Counted from the stretch's first letter, positions 27,972-39,949 are shown. The stretch: 64,000 bases of DNA from Piromyces finnis finn (GCA_002104945.1 MCFH01000058.1:1-64000); one strand, 5' to 3'. Made by a program: numbers and translations. Notes: generated by a model from the letters alone, not told the origin.

Positions 27972-28053
27972 CGTCACCTGCAGGACTCGAACCTGCGCTC
28001 CCAAAGGGAAATGGCTTAGCAGGCCACCGCGTTAACCACTCCGCCAAAGTGAC
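27972..28053 (-). tRNA. tRNA-Ser(GCT)
   Basis: 82 nt, long variable arm, anticodon loop CTGCTAA, discriminator G. Confidence 0.95.
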
Positions 28054-28069
28054 TACTTATATCTTTTGT

Positions 28070-30002
28070 TGATACGAAGAAAAATATTATCTTAATTCTA
28101 TAAATGAATATAGAAAGTGATAATATTTGTATCTAAAAAATAATATTTAATAAATAAAATTTAAAGAAAATAAAAATAAATGATTTTTATACTTGTTCAT
28201 TTTCAAGTATTAGTTAGTTTTATAAAATATAGTTTATTTAATTATAAATTTTGATATTTAATAACTCTAGTATTATTAAATATATATTTTATTATTAATA
28301 CATCTCGGTATGTATGTGAATATAATTATAAGTATTATTTTAATAAATTTAATATTATTATCTAATTTTTCTGGATTATTAGGAACATTTTTAAAAATAA
28401 GTAATTCTATCACTATTTATACAAAATTATTATTTTAAGATATAATTATAAACAAATATAAACTATTTAATTTAAAAAGAAATAAACAATTAAATAAACA
28501 AAAAGTTTACATTTATAATTTTTAATTTAATAATTTTATACATGTTAAATATTTTAAATTTTTATCTATATTTTAATTATTATTATTATTATTATTAATT
28601 TATAATTTATAAATTTAATTATTTATCAATATCTTCGCCCTTAAGATATAACTTCGTCCCTTGAAGTTACGAAAGGAAAAATAATAGATAAAGAATTAAA
28701 TTTTATAAGTAATTAAAGTTCTTCATTTTATTACTTCTTCTTCTTCTTAGGATTTTCTTTTTTCTTTCTTTATATGCATGTTTAATTTTTATTGTCCTCC
28801 ATTAATTTATTTTTAATATATAATTTTCCGGATAGTTTTTAATAGTAGCTGCAGTGTCTTTTTCAAATAATTTTATTCTTCATTTATATCCACATTAATT
28901 AAAGCTTACTTAAGGTTTATTATTATTTAAAGTTTATTTTCTGATACTTTTATTCCATTATCCACAGATTATTTTGAAATTTTTAAAGGCTTTCAGAAGA
29001 GCAGGGCAGTTGGAATATAATGTTTTTCTATATGAGTGAAATATATATTATAATTTTATTATTTTATAATATATAATTGGTATATATTATAATTGATTAT
29101 GGATTTATAATTGAATTATATTATAATGTTTTTGTATTATAATACTAATTTTATTTTAAATAATTTGAATATTTAAAATTTTGATATTAATGTTATTTAT
29201 TTAATTATTGGAATTAAATATTTGTGAAATTTTTTTTTTATATATATTAATAATATATTGGAATAAATTAATATATATTGTTGAAGTATTGTTAATTCCG
29301 ATTTTTAATTAATTCTGAAATTAATTAAATTTTGTTAAAACTGATGCAGTAGTAGTAGTTTTCTATGGGGAACAGAGAGGTTCACGTAATTCCCTCCGGC
29401 CTTAAGACTAGCTACTCAGTAGATTTTTGGATTCTCCACCATTTGATACGTAGAAAAATATTATCTTAATTCTATAAATGAATATAGAAAGTGATAATAT
29501 TTGTATCTAAAAAATAATATTTAATAAATAAAATTTAAAGAAAATAAAAATAAATGATTTTTATACTTGTTCATTTTCAAGTATTAGTTAGTTTTATAAA
29601 ATATAGTTTATTTAATTATAAATTTTGATATTTAATAACTCTAGTATTATTAAATATATATTTTATTATTAATACATCTCGGTATGTATGTGAATATAAT
29701 TATAAGTATTATTTTAATAAATTTAATATTATTATCTAATTTTTCTGGATTATTAGGAACATTTTTAAAAATAAGTAATTCTATCACTATTTATACAAAA
29801 TTATTATTTTAAGATATAATTATAAACAAATATAAACTATTTAATTTAAAAAGAAATAAACAATTAAATAAACAAAAAGTTTACATTTATAATTTTTAAT
29901 TTAATAATTTTATACATGTTAAATATTTTAAATTTTTATCTATATTTTAATTATTATTATTATTATTATTAATTTATAATTTATAAATTTAATTATTTAT
30001 CA
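28070..30002 (-). mobile_element. Non-autonomous two-LTR element (family I)
   Basis: 559-bp LTRs 28070-28628 and 29444-30002 (one substitution seen); minus-strand PBS TGGTGGAGAATCC (29441-29429); PPT AAGGGCGAAGATAT; 815-bp non-coding interior; 4-bp TSD TTGT. Confidence 0.9.
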
Positions 30003-30003
30003 T

Positions 30004-30502
30004 TGTAAGAAATATTTGTGGCCATAAGTTTGCCCACAAATATTTCAATTGAAACCATATATTCTGGTCACCATTTATTGGCCAGATATATGTATAACCA
30101 TATATTAATGGTTATTAATTAAATAGGAAGTTTATTTACTTTACCCAATCAAGTGGTAAAGAAAATAAACTAATATAGTTAAATAGTATAGTTGAAACTA
30201 ACGTTAAATACTTTAGCGTTAGTATTAAAGTAAATTAGTAGCTATAATAATAATTAATGTATATAATTATAATTAATAAATAAAAGATATAATTAATATA
30301 AAATTATTTAAGTAAACATTATTTCATAAAATCTTTATACATTTGTTTGTAATTATTTTAGTGTTATAATATTTATTTTATTTCTTTTATTATTTTTTAT
30401 AAAACTTTATTTAGTTATTAACTCGTATAGAGAGGTAATAACTAACTTAATTAGCTAAATATTAATAACTTATTAACTAATATTATAAAAACACCTTTTA
30501 CA
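30004..30502 (+). mobile_element. Family D solo LTR
   Basis: Matches the D LTRs; TSD TCTTT (28062-28066, 30503-30507) once I is removed. Confidence 0.92.
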
Positions 30503-30509
30503 TCTTTTT

Positions 30510-31321
30510 TGATAAATAATGAAATTAATAAATATAAAATTATTATTAAACCTGATTTTTAAGTTAACCCTAAAAGTAACTTAAAACAAGTTATAGTTTA
30601 ATTAAGTACTTTACCAAAATTCTTAAATAAAATTAATCCTAAACACTACATATATTTTGATTATTGAAAGAAAATAATAAACTTTAATTAATCGAGATCA
30701 AAATATATAACTCTTGTTAAATTAATTGTTAAATTAAATATTTAATAACTTCGTTAGTAAATTACACTTTAAAAGTAAACAAATATAATAATTCATGTTA
30801 TAAAATAATATAATTAAACACCTTTATTAAAACATTAAAAATAATTATTACTTTAATTAATTGTAAAATAAACAACTTTTTATATTCTTTAACTTTTAAT
30901 TATTTCTTTTATTGTTATTTCTAATTACTTTTATTACTTTTATTGTAAATAGTTATTAATTTTATTGTTTTAATGTAAATAGTTTAAATTTAAAAGAAAA
31001 TATAAATACATGTAAATATTCTTATTTTAATCATTATTATTATTATTAATAAAGAAATATTATATAGTTAGATTAATATTTTATAATTTTAATAATCACT
31101 TTTATACTTAAATAAATAAAAATTTTAAATATTTAAATATTAGAAAAACAAGTGTTTCTAATAAAACAATTTAGTGTTTTAACAAAACAATTTTATTAAT
31201 TTTTATAAAAACGATTTTAAATCTTAATCAATATAACTTATATAGTTATAACAAAAGATATAATATAATAATCACTTTTTGAAGTAAAATTCAAAATTAA
31301 GATTATTATCAAATTATATCA
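30510..31321 (+). mobile_element. Family B solo LTR (812 bp)
   Basis: TGATAAAT...ATTATATCA, same length as 58927-59738; flanked by TTTT. Confidence 0.88.
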
Positions 31322-31325
31322 TTTT

Positions 31326-31615
31326 TGATAAATAATGAAATCAATAAATATAAAATTATTATTAAACCTGATTTTTAAGTTAACCCTAAAAGTAACTTAA
31401 AATAAGTTATAGACTGCATATATTTTGATTATTGAAAGAAAATAATAAACTTTAATTAATCGAGATCAAAATATATAACTTTTGTTAAATTAATTGTTAA
31501 ATTAAATATTTAATAACTTCGTTAGTAAATTACACTTTAAAAGTAAACAAATATAATAATTCATGTTATAAAATAATATAATTAAACACCTTTATTAAAA
31601 CATTAAAAATAATTA
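31326..31615 (+). mobile_element. Family B LTR, 5' fragment
   Basis: Repeats the start of B with an internal deletion; ends at the A LTR. Confidence 0.82.
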
Positions 31616-34600
31616 TGTAAAATATTGTATTAATAGAATAATGTATTTAATACGTATTTAAAATAATGTATAATGTATTAAATTAATGTACCGTAAATTT
31701 TCATAAAATTTATATCACAATACATTAACATAAATTTATGTAAATTTTATTTTAATTACAAAAATTTATATCACAATACATTAACATAAATTTATGTAAA
31801 ATTTAATTTTATGATAAGATAAAGTTTTTGATAATAAAATAAAATTTTAAATTAAATAAATTTTAACCAATAAATATTTTAGATAATAAAAAATTTTTTT
31901 ATAAACTAAGCCTCAAAATTAGAAATAAATAAATTGAATATATGTTTGAAATATAATCAACCATATAGTAAATAAATCAAAACTTTATTTTAAGTTTAGA
32001 AAATTCTTTAGTAAATAAATTGAATTTAAATAGTTTAATACAAATAATTTCTTTTAATAAATGTATAAATGTAAACAATGTAAAATTATAATATTAAAAC
32101 ATGTATATTAGAATTTATTCAATTTATTTAAAAAGTATAAATAAAGAAAATTTTTCAACTATTGAAACGATAGTTGGAAAATCGTATAGGTTAATTTTGT
32201 TTAGATAAATTAACATTAGTTTATAATTAGTTTATAGTTTAGATTAATAATTTTAGTTTTAAATAAATATAAATTGATTACCTAGTGAGGGCTCTGGTAA
32301 AATATCCTTCACGGTAAAGTAATCAACGGTTGTTTAGTTAGTATAGTTTTAAAAATAAAATATAAATAAATAAAAATTATTATTAAAAATAATTAGTTTA
32401 ATTGTTAGTTTAGTGTTGTATACAAACCTGAACTTTAGAATATTTTACAATTTTCCAACTTATTAGAATAGAAAGTTCACCTTTGTATACGAATAGTAAT
32501 AGAAAAAAAATTAATAATTAATTATAGTGAGAATTTAATAATAGATTAAATTCGGGGATTATATAAAAAATATTAATAATAAAAAAAAAAAAAATTTTTT
32601 TTTGTTAGAAATTAATTTTAGTTAATTTCGGGGTATTTTAAAATTATTTGGTATAGAATAATTTGTTGTTAAAATAGTTTAATAGTTAATAATTAATAAA
32701 TAGTAATAATATAAAAATACTAGTTTAGTTAATAATATATAATACATTATTTGGTTTTAGTTATTAATAAGAAAGTTTAAAATAAGTATAGAAAATAAAG
32801 TTGAGCAAATTAAATAATTGGGATATTAAATATTGGTTGACTATTTGTTGTTTATTAAGTAGTAATATGAGTACTAGATATAGAATGTTAGACAACCGTG
32901 ACGATGGAATAGCTGGAGTCAGTGACGCAGGCTCTGAGGCGAGTTCCATGATGGATATTGAGGATGAGACTGGTAAAAGCGTTAACACCAGGGGAAAACT
33001 CATCCCAAAACCTCCAAGATTTTCGGGAAAAAGAAGTGAACTTCTTTACTTCCTGGCAAGATTGGAGAAATACTTTAAATATAACTTGGAAGAAGATGCT
33101 ACCGACGCCTACAAGCTGGATATCTTGGGATGCTACCTGGAAGGAACCGTCGCCGAATGGTTTGCCGACTTAGAAAGAGAAGAAAGCCCCCTGTTGAACT
33201 CTTACGAAGACTTTATCGAGGCAATGAAGGCTCGCTACAAAACTTGCAACAGTGCCGATGTAGCCAATAGTCGACTTGCAAAATTGAAGTCAAGTCAATT
33301 CAAGAACGTCATGGACTACTGCGAAGAATTTGAAAAGATGGCTAGAGACTCGTCTTTTAACGATGAAGCGAAAATCCATTTCTTTATGGAAGGTTTACCA
33401 ACTTCAGTCAAGGAAAAAGCTAAGCTCCTTTACCCAAGAATTAGGAAGTTAACTGAGTTAATTAATGTCGTTGCTGCCAATATAGAATTAGAATGGAAAG
33501 TCTTTGGAAAAGATCCTATGGATGTCGACGGAAAGAAGAACCGAAGATATAACAGAGACTTAGGATCAAGGTACCTCTCTTATGGTGTAAAATATAGAAA
33601 TTATATAGACCAAGAAAGCCCCACTACCTCAGTTAAACCAAGAAAATGTTTCTTCTGCAAAAGGACTGGACATGTTAAAAAGGATTGTCCTCAACTTAAG
33701 GATAAGGTTATAAATAGACCAAAAGCATTCATGGCTACTACCGCTGGAAGAAGAATGTTAAATGTTTACGATATTCTGTTACAAGTTAATAATGGTGTTT
33801 ATCTTAAGGCTCTTGTGGATTCTGGTTCGGACTTGGACTTTTTGGATTGGAAGGCCGTTGATAAGTACAAGATTCCATTCCAAAGAATGTTTAAGGATAA
33901 ATATGTTGAAGGTATAGGTGGTAATGGATTCTTGAAGTATGAAACAATTCCTTTGATCATGAATATCAAGAATCATAAGGAATCCATTCAATTCTACCTT
34001 ACCGATCTTCCTTCTGGTATTTCTGTTATTTTGGGTAAGAATTGGTTAAGAAAACATGATCCTACAATTAGCTTCAAGGATCAAACTCTAGAATTTAAGT
34101 CCAAATTCTGTTCTTTAAATTGCTGTGCTACTCCAGAAGAAATGGAAAAAAGAAGCAAAGAAGAAGAATTGTCCAAGGAAGAAGAAAGAAGAAAAGAGAA
34201 GGAACTAGTACAGGAAATACTCAATAATTATAAAAATAGTTTAAAAATTAGAGATAGTGAAATTACGAACAAAGAAAATATAAAAATTATAGATAAAAAT
34301 AAGAATTCATGTATTAAAAAGAAATGTAGTAAAAACTTAAAATTAAATAAAAAGAATGTTCAAAAGTATATTGTATGTAGTGTTATTTCAAATGAAGGAA
34401 ATAAAGGTGAAGATGTTGAAGAAAGTGCTGTAGAAATTCCTGATGTATATAAGGAATTTGAAAGTGTATTTGATGAAGTTGAGTGTAATGAACTACCTCC
34501 ACATCGAATATACGATTGTAAAATAAGATTGAAAGATAAAGATAACTTATTTTATGGTCCGTTATACCCTTTGACAGAAGAAGAAAGGAATACGTTAAAG

Positions 34601-37600
34601 GAGTATATTTCTGAAAATTTAGAAAAAGGATTTATTAGACCGTCTACTTCACCTGCCGGAGCACCTGTGCTGTTCGTTAGGAAAAAGGATGGGACTTTAA
34701 GATTGTGTGTTGACTACCGAAGACTCAATGAAAACACAATCAGGGATTCATATCCATTACCTCTCATATCCGAATTATTCGATAGATTAAGAGAAGCAAA
34801 AGTCTTTACTAAACTTTATCTCAAGTCTGCTTATAATCTAGTTCGAATAAATGAAGGTGATGAATATAAAACTGCATTTAGGACAAGATTTGGTCACTTT
34901 GAATATCTTGTCATGCCGTTTGGGTTGAAAAACGCTCCTGCAACTTTCCAACATTTTATCAATGATGTTCTCGGGGAATACTTGGATGAATTCGCTTTTT
35001 CTTATATTGATGATATTCTTATCTATTCGAAAAACTTAGAAGAACATCGAAAGCACGTAAAGAAAGTTCTTCAAAGATTAAAAGAAAATGGTTTATATGC
35101 AAAACTTAGTAAATGCGAATTTGAAACTTCAGAAACTACTTTCTTAGGGCATGTTATCTCAGATAAAGGAATCTCTATGGATCCAAAGAAGGTTAAAGCT
35201 ATTATGGAATGGCCTGTACCAACATCTGTTAAAGAAGTGCAATCATTTATCGGATTATGTAATTATTATAGAAGATTTATTCCAAACTTTGCTGGTATTG
35301 CTAAACCGTTACATAATCTAACAAAGAAAGATGTTAAATTTCATTGGTCAGAAGAATGTAATGAAGCTTTTTGTACTTTAAAGAAATTCTTTACCGAAGA
35401 ACCAATTTTAATTCATGCTGATCCTGAATTACCTTTTGTGGTTGAGACAGATGCAAGTAATTTTGCAATTGGTGCTGTATTGTCTCAAAGGTTACCGAAT
35501 AATAATGAACTTCATCCAATTTGTTATTATTCAAGAGGATTGACTAAATCGGAAAAGAATTATCCTATTTATGATAAGGAACTTTTGGCTGTTATTGAAG
35601 CTTTGAAACAATGGAGACACTACTTAGAAGGAGCCAAGCATCAATTTATGATCTATACGGATCATAAAAATCTTACCTTTCCTAGGAAGCCTGAACTATT
35701 GTCGCAAAGACAAATTCGCTGGAATTTGTTTTTGACCCGTTATGATTTCAAAATACAATATAGACCGGGTAAAGAAGGTGGAAAACCTGATGCTTTTTCA
35801 AGATGTCCTGATTATGAAGAAGATAAAAGTAACAAAGAAGACGAAGAAGCCTATTCTTGCTTGACAGTTAAAGAAATCGAAGATACTTTATGTCTTGTGT
35901 CTATTCAAGGGAATCTCAAAGAAGATTTAATTAAAGAAATTAAAGAAGATGAAGAAATTAAGGAGTTAATAAATATTCTACAAGGAAAATCTACCGCAAG
36001 TAAGAAGTATAAGAAGTTAATGAAGAATTTTAAGTTAAGCGAAGAAGGAATTCTTTTGTATAAAAGTTTAATTTATGTACCAAAGAAAATGAGAGATATA
36101 ATAATCTCAATGCATCATGATAATCCAATTCATGGTCATTTTGGTATTATTAAAACAAAAGAATTAATTACAAGAAACTTTGTTTGGATAAACATGACTC
36201 AAGATATAGTTAAGTTTATTGCTTCTTGTAAAGTTTGTGGAGCTGCTAAGGTTGATCGTCATAGACCTTATGGACTTTTACAGCCGCTACCAACTCCTGA
36301 AAGACCGTGGTCTTCTGTTTCTATGGATTTTATAACTGATTTGCCTAAGTCAAAGGAAAAAACAGTTATAATGGTTGTTGTAGATAGATTAACGAAGATG
36401 GCTCATTTTATTCCGTTTAGAATGATTCCGACTGCTCAAATTGCCGCTGATGTTTTCTTTAGAGAAGTTTTTCGTTTACATGGCCTACCTGATGAAATAA
36501 TATCGGATCGAGGAACCCAATTTACTTCTGAATTTTGGCAAAGATTGTGCACTTTGTTGAACATTAAGCACAATATTTCGAGTGCTCACCATCCTCAAAC
36601 AGACGGGCAGACTGAACGTGTAAATAGTATATTAGAACAATTTCTTAGATGTTATAGTAATAAAAGAAAAGACAACTGGATGAACCTTTTGCCTTATGCC
36701 GAATTTGCGTATAATAATACACTTCAGCAATCTATAAATCAAACTCCATTCTTTGCAAATTATGGGCAAAATCCAAGATTTAATATCGATATTCCTGCTG
36801 ATAGTGACAACAGAAGAGCTAACAGGCACGCCTCTCAGATGCAAGATAATATTAAATTTTTAAAGAAGAACTTAGAAAAAGCCAAGGAAAGATATAAGAA
36901 ATACGCCGATTGTATTAGACTTATTGGACCTAAGTTAAAGGTTGGTGACTTAGTTTGGTTAAAGCGTCCTGATTTACTTCCGAAAGGGCCTCCAAAATTA
37001 ACAAATAAGAAACTTGGACCATTTAAGATCATTGAAAAAACAGGACCTGTTTCTTATAAATTGGAACTACCAGAAAGTCTAAGATGTCATCCCGTTTTTC
37101 ACATTTCGAATTTAGAACCTTTTGTTGAAAGAGAAGTTGAAGTGAATGAATCAACTTCTAGAATTCCAAACATTGCTACTGATTCTACTGAAGGAAGAAT
37201 TCCATTGAAGATTGTTAATGAAAAAGTTGTTAATGGAACTAAGTACTACTTTGTGGTTTGGAAAAGTTTATTACCTTCTGAAAGTACATGGCTTAGAGAA
37301 GATGAAATCGAAGACCCTCAAATGATCCAGGAATACCTTAAACATAAGTCGCTCAGGGGCTCGACTTAAGAAGAGGGGCATGTAAAATATTGTATTAATA
37401 GAATAATGTATTTAATACGTATTTAAAATAATGTATAATGTATTAAATTAATGTACCGTAAATTTCCATAAAATTCATATCACAATACATTAACATAAAT
37501 TTATGTAAATTTTATTTTTTAATTACAAAAATTTATATCACAATACATTAACATAAATTTATGTAAAATTTAATTTTATGATAAGATAAAGTTTTTGATG

Positions 37601-38218
37601 ATAAAATAAAATTTTAAATTAAATAAATTTTAACCAATAAATATTTTAGATAATAAAAAATTTTTTTTATAAACTAAGTCTCAAAATTAGAAATAAATAA
37701 ATTGAATATATGTTTGAAATATAATCAACCATATAGTAAATAAATCAAAACTTTATTTTAAGTTTAGAAAATTCTTTAGTAAATAAATTGAATTTAAATA
37801 GTTTAATACAAATAATTTCTTTTAATAAATGTATAAATGTAAACAGTGTAAAATTATAATATTAAAACATGTATATTAGAATTTATTCAATTTATTTAAA
37901 AAGTATAAATAAAGAGAATTTTTCAACTATTGAAACGATAGTTGGAAAATCGTATAGGTTAATTTTGTTTAGATAAATTAACATTAGTTTATAATTAGTT
38001 TATAGTTTAGATTAATAATTTTAGTTTTAAATAAATATAAATTGATTACCTAGTGAGGGCTCTGGTGAAATATCCTTCACGGTAAAGTAATCAACGGTTG
38101 TTTAGTTAGTATAGTTTTAAAAATAAATAAATAAATAAATAAAAATTATTATTAAAAATAATTAGTTTAATTGTTAGTTTAGTGTTGTATACAAACCTGA
38201 ACTTTAGAATATTTTACA
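31616..38218 (+). mobile_element. Full-length Ty3/Gypsy element A
   Basis: LTRs 31616-32449 and 37381-38218 with several differences; PPT AAGAAGAGGGGCA; flanks AATTA/ATTTC do not match. Confidence 0.94.
32801..37369 (+). CDS. A Gag-Pol single ORF (CCHC, PR, RT, RNase H, IN, degenerate chromodomain); true start probably near 32867
   Basis: CFFCKRTGHVKKDC, LVDSGS, YIDD, HHCC, DDE, GPF; RT motif A reads KLYL instead of KLDL. Confidence 0.92.
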   Translation: MSKLNNWDIKYWLTICCLLSSNMSTRYRMLDNRDDGIAGVSDAGSEASSMMDIEDETGKSVNTRGKLIPKPPRFSGKRSELLYFLARLEKYFKYNLEEDATDAYKLDILGCYLEGTVAEWFADLEREESPLLNSYEDFIEAMKARYKTCNSADVANSRLAKLKSSQFKNVMDYCEEFEKMARDSSFNDEAKIHFFMEGLPTSVKEKAKLLYPRIRKLTELINVVAANIELEWKVFGKDPMDVDGKKNRRYNRDLGSRYLSYGVKYRNYIDQESPTTSVKPRKCFFCKRTGHVKKDCPQLKDKVINRPKAFMATTAGRRMLNVYDILLQVNNGVYLKALVDSGSDLDFLDWKAVDKYKIPFQRMFKDKYVEGIGGNGFLKYETIPLIMNIKNHKESIQFYLTDLPSGISVILGKNWLRKHDPTISFKDQTLEFKSKFCSLNCCATPEEMEKRSKEEELSKEEERRKEKELVQEILNNYKNSLKIRDSEITNKENIKIIDKNKNSCIKKKCSKNLKLNKKNVQKYIVCSVISNEGNKGEDVEESAVEIPDVYKEFESVFDEVECNELPPHRIYDCKIRLKDKDNLFYGPLYPLTEEERNTLKEYISENLEKGFIRPSTSPAGAPVLFVRKKDGTLRLCVDYRRLNENTIRDSYPLPLISELFDRLREAKVFTKLYLKSAYNLVRINEGDEYKTAFRTRFGHFEYLVMPFGLKNAPATFQHFINDVLGEYLDEFAFSYIDDILIYSKNLEEHRKHVKKVLQRLKENGLYAKLSKCEFETSETTFLGHVISDKGISMDPKKVKAIMEWPVPTSVKEVQSFIGLCNYYRRFIPNFAGIAKPLHNLTKKDVKFHWSEECNEAFCTLKKFFTEEPILIHADPELPFVVETDASNFAIGAVLSQRLPNNNELHPICYYSRGLTKSEKNYPIYDKELLAVIEALKQWRHYLEGAKHQFMIYTDHKNLTFPRKPELLSQRQIRWNLFLTRYDFKIQYRPGKEGGKPDAFSRCPDYEEDKSNKEDEEAYSCLTVKEIEDTLCLVSIQGNLKEDLIKEIKEDEEIKELINILQGKSTASKKYKKLMKNFKLSEEGILLYKSLIYVPKKMRDIIISMHHDNPIHGHFGIIKTKELITRNFVWINMTQDIVKFIASCKVCGAAKVDRHRPYGLLQPLPTPERPWSSVSMDFITDLPKSKEKTVIMVVVDRLTKMAHFIPFRMIPTAQIAADVFFREVFRLHGLPDEIISDRGTQFTSEFWQRLCTLLNIKHNISSAHHPQTDGQTERVNSILEQFLRCYSNKRKDNWMNLLPYAEFAYNNTLQQSINQTPFFANYGQNPRFNIDIPADSDNRRANRHASQMQDNIKFLKKNLEKAKERYKKYADCIRLIGPKLKVGDLVWLKRPDLLPKGPPKLTNKKLGPFKIIEKTGPVSYKLELPESLRCHPVFHISNLEPFVEREVEVNESTSRIPNIATDSTEGRIPLKIVNEKVVNGTKYYFVVWKSLLPSESTWLREDEIEDPQMIQEYLKHKSLRGST

Positions 38219-38241
38219 ATTTCATTATTTATCAAAAATAA

Positions 38242-38730
38242 TGTAAAAGGTGTTTTTATAATATTAGTTAATAAGTTATTAAATTAAGTTAGTTATTACC
38301 TCTCTATACGAGTTAATAACTAAATAAAGTTTTATAAAAAATAATAAAAGAAATAAAATAAATATTATAACACTAAAATAATTACAAACAAACGTATAAA
38401 GATTTTATGAAATAATGTTTACTTAAATAATTCTATATTAATTATATCTTTTATTTATTAATTATAATTATATACATTAATTATTATTATAGCTACTAAT
38501 TTACTTTAATACTAACGCTAAAGTATTTAACGTTAGTTTCAACTATACTATTTAACTATATTAGTTTATTTTCTTTACCACTTGATTGGGTAAAGTAAAT
38601 AAACTTCCTATTTAATTAATAACCATTAATATATGGTTATACATATATCTGGCCAATAAATGGTGACCAGAATATATGGTTTCAATTGAAATATTTGTGG
38701 GCAAACTTATGGCCACAAATATTTCTTACA
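38242..38730 (-). mobile_element. Family D solo LTR (preceded by a 16-bp B terminus at 38219-38234)
   Basis: Reverse complement of 30004-30502. Confidence 0.9.
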
Positions 38731-38731
38731 A

Positions 38732-39324
38732 TGATAAGTGTTTAATATTATCTTAATTTATAATTAAATAATTATAAAAGTGATAATATTCTTATCAATT
38801 TATATAAAAAAAAAGATTTAAAATAAATTTTTATTATAAAGTTATTTGAAATATTTTAATTCGACATAACGATTATTAACAAAATATAAAAGTTATGTTT
38901 TAAAAACACAATTTTAAAATATATTTTTGAATCAACTCTTTATTTAATACATTTATTAAAAGTATTGATTGATTTTTAAATTAGGAAATAATTACATGTA
39001 TTTATAATTTTCTTTCTGTTTTAACTTTTTAAAATAAAATATTAATATGTTTTAAAATAATAATGAATAATAAATAAAAGAAACAATTTATTTTAAAGTA
39101 ATTAATTTAATTAATATAACACTATTTTACTATTTAAAATGTTATTTATACTATGTTTATTTTATAACAAAAATATAATTTAAACTGAGTTTTAATAAAT
39201 AATTTTTATACTTTTAATTAAACATTTAAATATTATTATTATTTATTATTTATTTTTAAGTTGTTTTGAGGGTTAGTTTATATCAAGATTATAATTTCAT
39301 ATTTATTAATTCCAATTTATATCA
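38732..39324 (-). mobile_element. Diverged family I-like solo LTR
   Basis: TGAT..ATCA termini; ATATTATCTTAATT and AAAGTGATAATATT motifs shared with LTR I. Confidence 0.6.
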
Positions 39325-39327
39325 ACA

Positions 39328-39949
39328 TGATAACGGATTGGTAATTATTCTACAACTTTTTAAACTACTTATTCGTTACCTTATATTGTTTTATCTCGAC
39401 AGCTATTGTACGAGCTTTAACAATATCTACTTGTTTTATTATTTATTTTAATTTATTTTATAATATTTATAGTTTTATTATTTAATAATATTTATATAGA
39501 ATAATAACACCAGATTTATTCTATAAAATATTATTTATTATTAACACAATAATTACAAACTAGACAAGTTTAATTTCGTTTTTATATTTTCTTTTATTTA
39601 TTGTTTTTATACTCTTTTTTAACAATAATTTTTATTATATAAAAACTTATTTTTGTCTTTTAATTATTATTATGTATTATTTAACTAACTATATTAACTA
39701 TTATTAAAAATTCAACTTCTTATTAATATGTTAAGTCTTCCTATTTTCTACTAAAAATTATTATTATTCTTTATATTAAAAATTATTTTTATAATTTAAC
39801 CCAATCAAATATATAAATTTATAAAATATTTGATTTTATGTAAATTATATTTTTATGCTAAACTATATAAAATTATTTAATAATTATTTTTATAATAAAA
39901 CGTTCTACAAATATCAAATTTATAATATATTTATAATTATTATTTATCA
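39328..39949. mobile_element. Family C solo LTR
   Basis: Paralog of 3369-4002; TSD AACA (39324-39327, 39950-39953). Confidence 0.8.
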
